DNA from: an uncultured Bacilli bacterium
Lineage (GTDB): Bacteria; Bacillota_I; Bacilli_A; RF39; UBA660
Assembly (NCBI GenBank): GCA_934096075.1
Contig: CAKOLN010000007.1
Span: forward strand, 4,326 to 68,325
Direction: 5' to 3'
Length of the DNA: 64,000 bases
Shown here: positions 1-13,195 of the stretch, in pieces
How the letters are laid out: every line of letters begins with the position of its first letter
Numbering within the stretch: position 1 is the stretch's first letter
The notes under the pieces: generated by a model
Seen by the model: only the letters and a program-made list of their open reading frames with translations
Told to the model about the DNA's origin: nothing
Databases searched by the model: none
Made by a program: the position numbers and the translations under genes

Positions 1-1237
1 CACTTTTCTCTAATATTAAAACATCATTTTTATTAATATTTTTTAACAAAGACTTATAATTATCAAAAGTATCAATATTAACATTCATATTCTTAATATA
101 ACTATATAAATTAGTATTATTTACCATTTTAACATTATCATCAATAACACTTTTTATACTATCCACAGGTATATAATTATCTTTATGAGTAACAACAACA
201 TAATTAATATTTCCTAAGCTTACACTATTAGTATAATTATTATTACTTACATTATAATAATTAAGTACAAAATCTACTTTTTTAGCACTTAAAGCGTTAT
301 TTAATTTATCAATATTAGAATACTCTATATACTTATAACTAGCTCCAGTCATATCCGCAAATAATCTCAAATATTCATTAGTAATACCACTAAACTTATT
401 ATTTATTTTACCTTCAAAAGGTAAATTAGATATGTATCCTACTAATAAATCATCACCTATAATACTTTCTTTCTCTAAATCACTTATACTATAAGCATCA
501 TAATAAAGTTTCAATAGATTTTTATTTCTACTAGTATTTAAACTATCTTCCCAAGTATTAAAATATTTAGTAAATACATTAGCTAACATCGTATTAGCAT
601 CTTTCATGCTCAAAACATAATGAGAATGTAATCCTTCAATATGTTTAACTATATAATACTTATTATTAACTATTTCATTCATATATTTTTCCATAGGTAT
701 AATAGCATAAATAATAGAATTATCCATATCATTTTTAATATTATCAAAAGTTTCATATTCTTTATAATTTAAACCGTAGTCACTCAAATAATTACTAACA
801 TAATTTAAATCATTTTTAACAACACCAATATTTTGATTTTTAATTTCACTAAAATTCTTTACTAGATTAGAATTAGTACTAATTAAAACATAATGATCTG
901 TATAAAATACTAAATCACTAGGACTTAACTCGTTCTTATTTTTAAAATTATAATTACCTTCACTATTAACAGTCACATTAAAAGTTAACCCAGTACTAGA
1001 TTCTAAATTTTTAATATAATCATAGAATACACCTTCACCATTATTACTAAATATAGGTAAATTACCTTCCATGCTTATATCTATAACATTATTAGCATTT
1101 TGATTTATCCAACTTTTTTCACTAAATGAAAAATTATTTTTATTATTGTTAACATAAATTAATATACCAACAACAATAATAAATAAAAGAAGAATAAGTC
1201 CACTTATTATTAATATCTTTCTATTTTTCTTTTTCAT
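1..1237 (-). CDS. partial CDS (C-terminus outside window): membrane-anchored protein with two tandem extracytoplasmic solute-binding (PBPb/SBP type 3-like) modules; probably the sensor part of a signalling protein
   Basis: Absent from the ORF track because it runs off the window edge. Own minus-strand translation from ATG 1237..1235 gives MKKKNRKILIISGLILLLFIIVVGILIYVNNNKNNFSFSEKSWINQ... and stays open to position 1 (frame checked at several points). It has one N-terminal TM helix followed by two PBPb-like repeats (e.g. ...GYISNLPFEGKINNKFSGITNEYLRLFADMTGASYKYIEYSNIDKLNNALSAKKVDFVLNY). Confidence 0.55.
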   Translation of the reverse strand, partial: MKKKNRKILIISGLILLLFIIVVGILIYVNNNKNNFSFSEKSWINQNANNVIDISMEGNLPIFSNNGEGVFYDYIKNLESSTGLTFNVTVNSEGNYNFKNKNELSPSDLVFYTDHYVLISTNSNLVKNFSEIKNQNIGVVKNDLNYVSNYLSDYGLNYKEYETFDNIKNDMDNSIIYAIIPMEKYMNEIVNNKYYIVKHIEGLHSHYVLSMKDANTMLANVFTKYFNTWEDSLNTSRNKNLLKLYYDAYSISDLEKESIIGDDLLVGYISNLPFEGKINNKFSGITNEYLRLFADMTGASYKYIEYSNIDKLNNALSAKKVDFVLNYYNVSNNNYTNSVSLGNINYVVVTHKDNYIPVDSIKSVIDDNVKMVNNTNLYSYIKNMNVNIDTFDNYKSLLKNINKNDVLILEKS

Positions 1238-1245
1238 TATATCAC

Positions 1246-1701
1246 CTAATTATTTGTCCAAACTATCTGAGTATTACTAGAGTTTTTATATCCTTCCATT
1301 GGATAAATAGTAGTTTCTTCACTAGCATTTTTACATGTAATTAAGAATTGAATATCATAAAAAGATTTTTCATCATCGCTAAATACATCTAATGCCTTAA
1401 CAGCATAACTTTGTGCATCAACCTTACTAACTCCATCACTAACATCCATTATAACATAGACAATCTTACCTTTAGTATCTACACTAACATTTAAAACCCC
1501 ATCTTCATATAAAGCTTTAATGTCATTTGCTAAAGAACTTTTTAATTTATGTTTTTCTACTCCAGTTAATCTATCACCATACTTATCTCCGTTAGTACTA
1601 TAAAAATATTTAATCAATCCTACACCCATAAGTATCAATGATATTATTACTATCAATGCAAGTACAAATAAAACTTTATTTTCTTTGATAACTTTTTTCA
1701 T
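1246..1701 (-). CDS. hypothetical membrane-anchored protein (single N-terminal TM helix)
   Basis: 151-aa ORF with hydrophobic segment VLFVLALIVIISLILMGVGLI. It ends 9 nt upstream of the start of the next minus-strand gene. No family recognised. Confidence 0.5.
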   Translation of the reverse strand: MKKVIKENKVLFVLALIVIISLILMGVGLIKYFYSTNGDKYGDRLTGVEKHKLKSSLANDIKALYEDGVLNVSVDTKGKIVYVIMDVSDGVSKVDAQSYAVKALDVFSDDEKSFYDIQFLITCKNASEETTIYPMEGYKNSSNTQIVWTNN

Positions 1702-1930
1702 TCTTTCAACTCCTCGAATACATTATACTATAGTTTATTCCAAATTGCTAGTTTACATTCAGAAGACAAAAACATAACTATAATAATAAAAATTAAAATT
1801 TTTATTATTCTTCAATATTTACTCTAAATCAAACATATTTATTTTGACAAAATTAATGAAAAATAACAAAATATCATTAGATTTGTCAAAAAATTAAAAA
1901 CTAAATAAAAAGGCATCTCTCACGAAACAC

Positions 1931-4271
<2,341 letters not shown>

Positions 4272-4461
4272 TCACCACTTATATTATACAAAAAATGCAA
4301 TTATTAGTAAACAAAACTTTTTATATATCTACAGGTAACATTTCTTTTTATATATATACTTAAATTTTTAGTATTTAACAATTTAGTTTCAGAATTATAT
4401 CCAAAATCTTTTGTACTTAATCTAATCATATACTTAGGTTTATATAAGTTATAATAAGTTT

Positions 4462-4608
4462 TTATTTAGATTGAGTATTTTCAGAAGACTTTCCTTCTAT
4501 TGGAATTACACCATCATAATCAGTTTCAACAAGAAAGTCAACTTCAGCTTCTTCTTTACTTTTCCAATAGTATATAGGTAATCCACTAGATATATTTTTT
4601 CAAATAAT
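4462..4608 (-). pseudogene. C-terminal fragment of a DUF4143-type ATPase gene (PD-(D/E)xK-like tail only)
   Basis: Own translation: KNISSGLPIYYWKSKEEAEVDFLVETDYDGVIPIEGKSSENTQSK*. This matches the tail of the intact paralog at 13463..14761 (...NNEIDFVIQKRNKIIPIEVKSNKS...). The frame closes upstream, so there is no N-terminal ATPase part. Confidence 0.5.
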
Positions 4609-4667
4609 TTAATGAATTACATCTTTTCCGGACGACTTTTTAAATTATTAATATCATTTAATAAAGA

Positions 4668-4701
4668 AAATTGTTAATAAGTGTCAATTTATCAACAATT
4701 T
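4668..4701. promoter_or_regulatory. imperfect palindrome (candidate operator) overlapping the putative promoter of the coiled-coil gene
   Basis: AAATTGTTAATAA-gtgtcaat-TTATCAACAATTT has 12-13-bp arms with one mismatch. It is followed by TTGATA-N17-TAAACT and RBS AGGAGAGAG before ATG 4751. Confidence 0.35.
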
Positions 4702-4750
4702 CTTGATAAAATTAAAAATATTAGTTAAACTTAAAATAGGAGAGAGATAT

Positions 4751-5581
4751 ATGGAAAGCAATTTAGAAAAATTTGAAAAAATACTTGATGAAATCAGAGT
4801 AATAAGAGATTTAGATGAATTTAAATCCAATAGTCCCACAGACTATGAAGATTTAATAAAAGGTTTAACAAATATGTATGAAGAAATTATAATGGAGGCT
4901 AATACACTTGATGATGCAGATATAACTAAAGCTAATGAACTAGTAGATAAATTAATTAATGCTCAACCGGACTTAAAAGATTTAAAAGAAAAATTTAAAA
5001 CACGCGCTAAAGTTATAATGAGCTTAAAAGAATTAGAGCAAACTAAAAACAACCTATTAAAAATTGATAATATAACTGAATACAAAGAAAGACATCAAGA
5101 TTTATTTGAAAAAGACATAGAAAGTATTATAAGAACATTTAGTACAATAACAGCTAATGTTGATGAATATTCAGATGATTATAACAATGCAGTTTCATAT
5201 ATAAAAGATATTTGTAATAAACATCCTGAATTAAAAGAGTTTGAAAAACTATTCCTACAAGAAAAACTAGAAACAAAATCAATTGAAGAACAAACTAAAG
5301 AAATAACAATGAAATTTGAAAAAGAAAAACAAAAAGTAAAAGTAAACTCTTTAACAGAAGAAATTGAAAAATTAAAAGAAAAAAAAGTAACTAATCAAAA
5401 AGAACTAAATGATTATAGAGATTTAATCGAACAATATAAAAAAGATATACTAAATAATCCTAATATGACAAATGAAGAAAAACAAGAATTAATTAATAAA
5501 TTAGATAAAGATAATCAAATAATTAGTATGTTAGAAATAATAATTCAAAAGGATAATATGCAAGGTGGACCAAGTCTATAA
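4751..5581 (+). CDS. hypothetical acidic coiled-coil protein
   Basis: ORF track 4703..5581. ATG 4751 is preferred because it follows RBS AGGAGAGAG. The sequence is rich in E/K heptad-like stretches (EKLKEKKVTNQKELNDYRDLIEQYKKD). No family recognised. Confidence 0.6.
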   Translation: MESNLEKFEKILDEIRVIRDLDEFKSNSPTDYEDLIKGLTNMYEEIIMEANTLDDADITKANELVDKLINAQPDLKDLKEKFKTRAKVIMSLKELEQTKNNLLKIDNITEYKERHQDLFEKDIESIIRTFSTITANVDEYSDDYNNAVSYIKDICNKHPELKEFEKLFLQEKLETKSIEEQTKEITMKFEKEKQKVKVNSLTEEIEKLKEKKVTNQKELNDYRDLIEQYKKDILNNPNMTNEEKQELINKLDKDNQIISMLEIIIQKDNMQGGPSL

Positions 5582-5604
5582 ACACAGAATTTCTGTGTTT
5601 TTTT
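5582..5604 (+). terminator. rho-independent terminator
   Basis: ACACAGAA-t-TTCTGTGT hairpin immediately after the stop codon, followed by TTTTTT. Confidence 0.75.
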
Positions 5605-5688
5605 GTAAAAAGGTGTAATTTATGATGCAAAAAGTGAAGAATTTGGTGTAAATATAGCAATAAATTTTATAGAATTTGGTGTAAGTAA

Positions 5689-5883
5689 TTTTTCTACTAC
5701 AAAAATTCCAATAGTTCAATTGAAATGGATTTCTTTATAAGAGATACAGATTCACTAATTCCAATCGAAGTAAAAGCATATGAAAAAAGTAAAAAAAGTT
5801 TAAATAAACTAATAGAATGGAATACATTAAAAAATAAAACTATGACATTCCTATTAAAAAGATTTTTAAAAGACAAAAACTAG
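5689..5883 (+). pseudogene. C-terminal fragment of a DUF4143-type ATPase gene (second fragment, opposite orientation)
   Basis: Own translation: ...SIEMDFFIRDTDSLIPIEVKAYEKSKKSLNKLIEW...DKN*. This carries the same D..E.K tail signature as the ATPase at 13463..14761. An in-frame TAA at 5686..5688 closes the frame upstream. Confidence 0.5.
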
Positions 5884-5899
5884 CCTCTGCTAGTTTTTT
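5875..5899. terminator. bidirectional hairpin terminator
   Basis: AAAAACTAGC-ctct-GCTAGTTTTTT has an A-run and a T-run on either side. It lies between the plus-strand fragment and the convergent minus-strand gene ending at 5898. Confidence 0.6.
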
Positions 5900-6983
5900 A
5901 TAATGATCTTTCACTATCTAAATCTAAAGAAATTTGCTCAATAATTGCCTTTGCATTTATAACATTAAATCCATCAACATTAACAGTCGTTTCTTTAGCA
6001 ACTTTAGTAAACTCTTCAAATGTTAATTTTGGATTAACTTCCAAGGCTAATGCATAAATTCCACATAGTTTTGGTATTCCCCAACTAAATGTATTATTCC
6101 CGTGAAACATATAATCAGATTGACTTCCCCAAAGAGGTATCATTTCACTACATGGAACCATTATCTTTTCTTTTGCAAGTTCAACATTTGATTTTTGCCA
6201 ATCACTTAAATAATATTGACTATTGTTTAAATCCATATTAACTACAGTAAAGTTCTTAGCAAACTCGTTTGAATCTATAACTTCGCAACCAGTTTCTCTA
6301 AGTTTACTTTTTAGTTGTTCATATTTTTCTCCCAATGCTTTACCATAACCATTACTAATATTAACAATTCTAATACCCTCTCCATTTAAGTTTCTATTAT
6401 ATATTTCTAATAATTTTGAATATGTTAATTGTCCAAAAAATGTTCTAGCATCAGATGTAACTAATTCTGGATGTTCTTCATAATAATTCGGATTAATATC
6501 ATAAAAATCTATCTCAGCATTTGGAACAACACCAATATTTTTTCCAACTAAGTAAGACAAAACAACCTCACCATGAAAATGTTCTCCTCTTGAACCATAA
6601 CTTTCATAATAATTTTTAATCTTACCTTCTAATTCAACTGGAGTAACGTTAAAACCATTGTCAATGACAGCAATTTTTATTCCGTCACCTTTTAGTCCTT
6701 CTTTATGTAACAAATCAATATCTGTAGTTGTCTTAAAGTAATTACTATTAAACTTAAAAGGATGATTATCTGGAAATTTTGTTGCAGTTGAATAATTCAC
6801 TTGTCTAACAATTCCATCACTAAATTCTCCAACAAACTTTTTGCCACTTAAATCACTAAAAGCAAATCCCCATTGCTTAAATTTTTCATTTCTTAAAGCA
6901 TATTTTAACCACTCTTCAGTTATGATATCCGGTACAACTTCTTCTCCATATATAAGTTTTTCATATTTTTTTATATCATACAT
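5898..6983 (-). CDS. cytosolic subtilisin-like (S8 family-like) serine peptidase
   Basis: No signal peptide. Asp motif GIKIAVIDNGFN, His motif HFHGEVVLSY, Asn region VNISNGYG, Ser region NNTFSWGIPKLCGIYALALE (compare GTSMAAPhvaG). Confidence 0.55.
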   Translation of the reverse strand: MYDIKKYEKLIYGEEVVPDIITEEWLKYALRNEKFKQWGFAFSDLSGKKFVGEFSDGIVRQVNYSTATKFPDNHPFKFNSNYFKTTTDIDLLHKEGLKGDGIKIAVIDNGFNVTPVELEGKIKNYYESYGSRGEHFHGEVVLSYLVGKNIGVVPNAEIDFYDINPNYYEEHPELVTSDARTFFGQLTYSKLLEIYNRNLNGEGIRIVNISNGYGKALGEKYEQLKSKLRETGCEVIDSNEFAKNFTVVNMDLNNSQYYLSDWQKSNVELAKEKIMVPCSEMIPLWGSQSDYMFHGNNTFSWGIPKLCGIYALALEVNPKLTFEEFTKVAKETTVNVDGFNVINAKAIIEQISLDLDSERSL

Positions 6984-6992
6984 ACATCACAC

Positions 6993-9074
6993 CTACAATT
7001 CAATCTTTCTTAAACTCTTATGATTTTTAGCTAATTGCTTTATCCCATCTTTAAATCCAAATGCTATAGTCGCAAGACTACCATCAATTTTAACTACAAC
7101 TCCATCTCCATATCTTTCATGTCTTACTCTATCTCCAACATTTAAATCATCATTTCTACCACTTTCATACATTTCTCCAGTTTTAATAGTTTTATTTTCA
7201 ACAATATTACTTTCTATTAAATCACTACTAATCTCTCCAATAAATCTACTAGGAATATTACTACTTGATTTACCAAATAATGTTCTATGTCTAGTATTTA
7301 ATAAATATAAATGTTTTTTTGCTCTAGTAATACCAACATAACACAATCTTCTTTCCTCTTCTAATTCACTTTCACTTTCCATACTTCTCATGTGTGGGAA
7401 AATTCCTTCTTCTAAACCAACTAAGAAAACATCATTAAATTCAAGCCCCTTCGCAGAATGTAATGTCATCAAACTAACGCCATCTTCTACTTCTTTATAT
7501 TCTCTCATATCACTAACAAGACTAATATTTTCTAAGAATTCTTCTAGATTATAAATTCCCTTCTCTTCAAAAGACAAAGTAATACTTTTAAACTCCTCCA
7601 AGTTCTCTAATCTTATTTGACTTTCTAAAGTATCACTCTCTTCAAGCTCACTTCTCATTCCAGTTTTATCTAATATTAAATCAACTAATCCACTTAAATT
7701 AGTATTCTTACTCTCTTCTTTTAAATCTAATATTAAATTTTTAAACTCTAACTCTTTACCACTACTAATAGTTTCAAACATAGAAACATCACTAATATTA
7801 GATTCCGTCCTAAGTCTTTCCAAAGTTTTAAGTCCTATTCCTCTTTTAGGCACATTAATAACCCTTTCCAAACTAACATCATCATTAGTATTATATATTA
7901 AATGTAAATACGCAATTAAATCTTTAATTTCTTTTCTATTATAGAAGAAATAACTACCTACTATTCTAAAAGGAATATTTTCTTTCAAAAATGCTTCTTC
8001 AATAACACGACTCTGTCCATTAGTTCTATATAAAACAGCTATTTCTTTAGGCTTTTCCCCATTACTTATTAACTTTCTAACTTCATTAATAACTGTTCTA
8101 GCTTCCTCTAATTCACTTTCACATCTAATATATTTAATCTTATCTCCATCACCATTATTACTCCATAAATTCTTTTCTTTTCTCTCTTTATTATTTTTAA
8201 TAACATCATTCGCTGCTTTTAAAATATTATTAGTACTTCTATAATTCTCATCTAATAAAACTGTCTTAGCCATAGGATAATCTTTTTCAAAATTCATAAC
8301 ATTCATATAGTTAGCAAATCTAAAGGAATAAATTGATTGATCCATATCTCCTACAACAAATAAATTTAAATACTTACTAGCAAGTAACTTACAAAGTTCA
8401 TATTGAACCATATTTGTATCTTGATACTCATCTACTAAAATATATTGATAATGTACTTGATATTTATCTAATACTTCATCACTCTTCTTAAATATTTTAA
8501 CAGGTAATATTAATAAATCATCAAAATCAACACTATTATTTCTCTTTAACATAGAAACATACTTCTTATATATTTTAATAACTACTTGATCAAGTGGACT
8601 AGTCATAAACTTACTATATTCTTCAGGACTTAATCCTTCATTTTTAGCAAAACTTATTTTATTAAGTATATATTTAATAGGATAATTCTCACTACTTAAA
8701 TTCATTTCTTTTAAGAATTTTTTAATCAAACTATTAACATCATCTCTATCTAAAATAGTTATATTATTTGTATAACCTAACACATCAGCATTCTCTCTTA
8801 AAACTTTAAGTCCAAAAGAGTGAAAAGTACCAATAAATATTTTATCAGCATCACTACCTATACTTCTAGATACTCTTTCTCTCATTTCTCGAGCTGCCCT
8901 ATTAGTAAATGTAATAGCTAATATATTTTGTGGTCTAACACCACTATTAATAAGATTAACTATTCTTTCCGTTAAAACTCTTGTCTTACCACTTCCAGCA
9001 CCTGCTAGAACTAAACAAGGTCCTTCTTTATGCATTACTGCTTCTTTTTGTCTTTCACTTAATTTATCAAACAT
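6993..9074 (-). CDS. pcrA: ATP-dependent DNA helicase PcrA (UvrD family)
   Basis: Walker A AGAGSGKT, motif II VDEYQDTN, TLHSAKGLEF, VGITRAK, and C-terminal GDRVRHERYGDGVV tail. Confidence 0.95.
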   Translation of the reverse strand: MFDKLSERQKEAVMHKEGPCLVLAGAGSGKTRVLTERIVNLINSGVRPQNILAITFTNRAAREMRERVSRSIGSDADKIFIGTFHSFGLKVLRENADVLGYTNNITILDRDDVNSLIKKFLKEMNLSSENYPIKYILNKISFAKNEGLSPEEYSKFMTSPLDQVVIKIYKKYVSMLKRNNSVDFDDLLILPVKIFKKSDEVLDKYQVHYQYILVDEYQDTNMVQYELCKLLASKYLNLFVVGDMDQSIYSFRFANYMNVMNFEKDYPMAKTVLLDENYRSTNNILKAANDVIKNNKERKEKNLWSNNGDGDKIKYIRCESELEEARTVINEVRKLISNGEKPKEIAVLYRTNGQSRVIEEAFLKENIPFRIVGSYFFYNRKEIKDLIAYLHLIYNTNDDVSLERVINVPKRGIGLKTLERLRTESNISDVSMFETISSGKELEFKNLILDLKEESKNTNLSGLVDLILDKTGMRSELEESDTLESQIRLENLEEFKSITLSFEEKGIYNLEEFLENISLVSDMREYKEVEDGVSLMTLHSAKGLEFNDVFLVGLEEGIFPHMRSMESESELEEERRLCYVGITRAKKHLYLLNTRHRTLFGKSSSNIPSRFIGEISSDLIESNIVENKTIKTGEMYESGRNDDLNVGDRVRHERYGDGVVVKIDGSLATIAFGFKDGIKQLAKNHKSLRKIEL

Positions 9075-9136
9075 AATTTATTTCTCCATTCTTCTTGTAT
9101 ATATTCATTCTATATCAAATACATATGTTTGTCAAT

Positions 9137-9168
9137 ATAAAAGATTAACTATATCTTCATAGTTAATC
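9137..9168 (-). terminator. rho-independent terminator after the divIC-like gene, followed by the pcrA promoter
   Basis: Minus strand: GATTAACTAT-gaagat-ATAGTTAATC then TTTTAT. Next comes TTGACA-N17-TAGAAT upstream of pcrA. Confidence 0.65.
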
Positions 9169-9450
9169 TATCTTAATAATAATTTCTCCTTCTTTACTAT
9201 ATAAATACTTCTCTCTAGCATACCTAGCAACATACTCTTCATCCTGTAATTTTTGTATTTCACTTTTTAGTAATTCTTCTTTCTCTAACTTAAGAGCATA
9301 CTCTTCATCTAATTTTTTCTTTTCTTTAATATTTTTATAAATATTAGACCAATAACTAAACATATTACTTAAAAACAATGTAAGTAATGGAATAAAAATA
9401 ATCATTAAAACAATTAATCTTCTCTTATCTTTCTTAGTTACTCGTTTCAT
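9163..9450 (-). CDS. septum formation initiator family protein (DivIC/FtsB-like)
   Basis: 95 aa with a basic N-terminus, one TM, then a coiled coil and the conserved tail EEYVARYAREKYLYSKEGEII. Confidence 0.7.
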   Translation of the reverse strand: MKRVTKKDKRRLIVLMIIFIPLLTLFLSNMFSYWSNIYKNIKEKKKLDEEYALKLEKEELLKSEIQKLQDEEYVARYAREKYLYSKEGEIIIKID

Positions 9451-9549
9451 ATCTTTCTCCTACATAAATGATACCATAAAAAATACAAAATTTCAACTTT
9501 TACACTTATATGTTTAATTACTTTTAGTTTTTATTCTACACAGGTCATT

Positions 9550-11328
9550 TTATATTCTTTCAGGAACTTTAATAACCAAAATATTAAGTAACATATCATT
9601 AAGTCTTTTAGTAACACTAGTTAACTTAATCCAAGAATTTCTCTTATTAACATCACTTTCAGTTAATATTCTAAAACTATTATAAAAATTATTAAACAAA
9701 GAATTTATTTCATATAAATAATCCGCAATTATATTAAGATTCTTATTATTATAAGCACTTCTTAATACATCATTAACTTTACTTATACTTAATAATAATC
9801 TTCTTTCTTCTTCACTAAAAGGATTAACAATATCTCCATCTATAGAATATCCCATATCTTTAGCTTTATTAATTATAGAATTTTGTCTTACACTAGAATA
9901 TAATTGATAAGCCCCAGTTTTACCATTTACATTAGTAAACTTCTCTATATCAAATATATAATCTGTTTCTCTATTAGAACTAGCATCAGCATACTTAATA
10001 CATCCTTGAGATACTATATCAGAAATATTTTCTATTTCTTCACTACTCATATTTTCATTCTTACTTAATATATCTTTTTCATAATCTTTAACTAATTCAA
10101 GTAGACTAACTAATTTCATTACTCCACCATCTCTAGTTTTAAAAGGTTTACCATCTTTACCATTCATAGTACCAAATCCAAAATATCTTAACTTAGTACT
10201 TTCAGGAACTATAGATGATTTATAAGCAGCTCTAAAACACTGAGTAAAATGTAATGCTTGTCTTTTATCTACTACATACCATATTTCATCAGGATTATAT
10301 TTATTCATTCTATCATACATAGTAGCAATCTCAGTTGCGTGATATCCAATAGATCCAGCAGATGTTTTAAGAATTAAAGGTGGTACTTCAGTAGTATCTT
10401 TATCTTCACTAACATCCATTATAAGAGCACCTTCACTTATTCTAGTTAACTTCTTATCTTCTAATATTTCAAGTACTGAAGAAACATACTTATCAGCATC
10501 ACTTTCCCCATTCCATAAATCAAAATGAACATCTAATCTATCATATATCTTTTTTAAATCATCAACACTTACTTCAACTATTTTCTTCCATAGTTCATAA
10601 TATCCTTTATGACAAGGTTCACTTTCATCTTGTAATATCTTAGTTGCAATCCTAGCTTCTTCCATCCTATTCTCATCACTTTTAGCATCACTACTTGCCT
10701 TAGGATAAATAACTTCTAAATCACTTATTGAAACAGGACTAACACTTGGATATTCTCCATTATAATTAGGATCAAAATACACTAAATCAGGTTGCATTAT
10801 CTTTATTTCAGAAATAACCATACCCATTTGTCTGCCCCAATCACCTAAATGAACATCTCCAATTACATCATCACCTAATAATTTAGCTAATCTTTTTAAT
10901 CCTTCTCCTATAATAGCACTCCTTAAATGACCTACATGTAAAGGTTTAGCCACATTCGCACCACCATAATCAAGAACTATTTTTTTCTTATCTACTTTAC
11001 TAACACCAAAATTATCTAAATTAGATATCTTAGTAACAAATTGAACTAAAAACTCATCACTAACATTTATATTTAAAAATCCAGGGCCATCTATACTTAT
11101 CTTAGAAAATATTTTATTTTCCTTTAAACTCTCTACTACATCTAAAGCAATATTTCTAGGATTTTTCCCATATTCTTTAGCTATTTGCATAGCAAAGTTA
11201 GATTGAAACTGAGATAAATCAGGTCTACCAGATATAGTAACTAATTTATTAATATCTCCTGGTATTACATATCCACATTTAATAATTTCTTCATTTAATA
11301 TTTGTGATAAATAACTCGTTAAAGACAT
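9550..11328 (-). CDS. argS: arginine--tRNA ligase
   Basis: Class I HIGH motif (KPLHVGHLRS) with length and C-terminal anticodon-binding region typical of ArgRS. ATG 11328 is preferred over 11346 because it follows RBS AAGGGAGTGG. Confidence 0.95.
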   Translation of the reverse strand: MSLTSYLSQILNEEIIKCGYVIPGDINKLVTISGRPDLSQFQSNFAMQIAKEYGKNPRNIALDVVESLKENKIFSKISIDGPGFLNINVSDEFLVQFVTKISNLDNFGVSKVDKKKIVLDYGGANVAKPLHVGHLRSAIIGEGLKRLAKLLGDDVIGDVHLGDWGRQMGMVISEIKIMQPDLVYFDPNYNGEYPSVSPVSISDLEVIYPKASSDAKSDENRMEEARIATKILQDESEPCHKGYYELWKKIVEVSVDDLKKIYDRLDVHFDLWNGESDADKYVSSVLEILEDKKLTRISEGALIMDVSEDKDTTEVPPLILKTSAGSIGYHATEIATMYDRMNKYNPDEIWYVVDKRQALHFTQCFRAAYKSSIVPESTKLRYFGFGTMNGKDGKPFKTRDGGVMKLVSLLELVKDYEKDILSKNENMSSEEIENISDIVSQGCIKYADASSNRETDYIFDIEKFTNVNGKTGAYQLYSSVRQNSIINKAKDMGYSIDGDIVNPFSEEERRLLLSISKVNDVLRSAYNNKNLNIIADYLYEINSLFNNFYNSFRILTESDVNKRNSWIKLTSVTKRLNDMLLNILVIKVPERI

Positions 11329-11383
11329 TTTACCACTCCCTTTCACAAAGATAATACCATATTAAAGAAAAAAAAGAAAGCAC

Positions 11384-13195
11384 TTAGCTTTCAAAAAACA
11401 CATGATACCATCTTAAAAATACATACACATTCCATATTTTTCTATAATTATCTTTAGTTTTATTTTTATGTTCTTCCAATAATTTATTAAGATACTCAGT
11501 ATTAAAGTATTTATTAGCTATATCACTTTCAAAACTCTTCTTTATATCTAAATAAATATCTTCATCTCTCATCCATTCTCTAACAGGAACTGGAAAACCT
11601 AATTTTTTCTTTTTATATGCTTCAGTTGGTATTACCTTCTGAGCAGCACTCCTTAATGCTACTTTAGTATTTTCTTTAGTTACTTTATAATTAGTTGGTA
11701 ATCCACTAGCAATCTTAAATACTTCTTTATCTACAAAAGGTACTCTACCTTCAACAGAATTAGCCATAGTCATTCTATCAGCCTTTTGTAATATATCTTT
11801 AACTAACCAAAAATTAATATCTACTGCTTGCATTTTAATTAAATCACTTTTATCTTTATATTCATTAAATACATCTTTAGTTATATCTTTAATCTTATAC
11901 CCATCTTTATTATTAAGTAATTTCTTAATTTCCCTTTCACTCCATATTTTAGAAACACCTACATAACTATTTTCTAGTTTTTCACCTCTTCTAACAAGAA
12001 AATTAACTCCTCTTATTGGTGGTAAAACACTAAGTACTTTACTTACCATATGTCTCATAAAATAAGGAATCTTATTATACCAAGCAAAATCAACTTCTTC
12101 TCTATAATAATTATAACCTCCAAAGAATTCATCTGCTCCTTCACCACTCAATACTACTTTTAAATCTTTACTAGCTATATTAGCTACAAAATATAAAGCT
12201 GTAACCGCAGGATCACTTGTTGGTTCATCCATATGATATATAACTTTATCTAAAACATCAAAATAATCTTTCTTAGTTATTATTTTATTAGTATTTTTAA
12301 TACCTAACTTATTAGTTAAATCCTTAGCATAACTAGTTTCATCATATTTATTATTTTCATAACCAACCGTATAGGTATTACTAGGTTTAGCAAGACTTAC
12401 TATATATGATGAATCTACTCCACTACTTAAAAACGATCCAACAGGCACATCACTAACTAAATGATGTTTAACTGAATCTCTCATAACTTTATCTATAGAA
12501 TCAACTGCATCATCATAACTATTATTAATAGTATTAAATTCCATATTAAAGTATCTCTTAATATCTAAATTACCATTTTCATAACTAATAGTATGTCCTG
12601 GTTTTAAATTATAAACTCCCTTAAAGAACGTCTCACTAGTTGGAGTAAAACTAAAACTTAAATAACTAGAAAGTAACTTATCATTAAATTCTTTCTTAAA
12701 ATTAGGATTACCTAAAAAAGCCTTAATCTCAGATGCAAACATAAAATTATCATCTTCATTATAATAATAGAAAGGTTTAATACCAAAATAATCTCTAGCA
12801 CCAAATAAACTATTATTTTTAATATCATATATCATAAAAGCAAACATACCTCTTAAATGACTAGGTACTTCTTTACCCCATTTTAAATATCCATTTAATA
12901 TAACTTCAGTATCACTATTAGTATTAAATTTATATTCTTTTAATTCTTTCTTAAGTTCTTTATAATTATATATTTCTCCATTAAAAACTATAACTAATGA
13001 TTTATCACTACTAAACATTGGTTGAGATCCTTTATCAACATCTATAATAGATAATCTTTTATGACCTAAAGCTACACTTTCATTAACATAATATCCATCC
13101 CCATCAGGTCCACGATGTTGAATTCTATTAGCCATATCTTTAATTATTTTATCTTTATTTTTATCTTTACTTACTATTCCTACTATTCCACACAT
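11384..13195 (-). CDS. asnB: asparagine synthase (glutamine-hydrolysing)
   Basis: N-terminal MCGIVG (Cys2 nucleophile of the class II amidotransferase) and PP-loop SSGVDSS. Confidence 0.95.
   Translation of the reverse strand: MCGIVGIVSKDKNKDKIIKDMANRIQHRGPDGDGYYVNESVALGHKRLSIIDVDKGSQPMFSSDKSLVIVFNGEIYNYKELKKELKEYKFNTNSDTEVILNGYLKWGKEVPSHLRGMFAFMIYDIKNNSLFGARDYFGIKPFYYYNEDDNFMFASEIKAFLGNPNFKKEFNDKLLSSYLSFSFTPTSETFFKGVYNLKPGHTISYENGNLDIKRYFNMEFNTINNSYDDAVDSIDKVMRDSVKHHLVSDVPVGSFLSSGVDSSYIVSLAKPSNTYTVGYENNKYDETSYAKDLTNKLGIKNTNKIITKKDYFDVLDKVIYHMDEPTSDPAVTALYFVANIASKDLKVVLSGEGADEFFGGYNYYREEVDFAWYNKIPYFMRHMVSKVLSVLPPIRGVNFLVRRGEKLENSYVGVSKIWSEREIKKLLNNKDGYKIKDITKDVFNEYKDKSDLIKMQAVDINFWLVKDILQKADRMTMANSVEGRVPFVDKEVFKIASGLPTNYKVTKENTKVALRSAAQKVIPTEAYKKKKLGFPVPVREWMRDEDIYLDIKKSFESDIANKYFNTEYLNKLLEEHKNKTKDNYRKIWNVYVFLRWYHVFFES

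Noticed and set aside
1842-1891. Inverted repeat TTTTGACAAA-N30-TTTGTCAAAA between the 120-aa and 151-aa genes
   Set aside because: The arms are essentially two opposed TTGACA (-35-like) hexamers in AT-rich DNA. They could be divergent promoter elements or chance, and there is no further support.
11329-11383. T-box riboswitch upstream of argS
   Set aside because: Only about 55 nt separate asnB and argS, far too short for a roughly 200-nt T-box leader, and no specifier/T-box sequence is visible.
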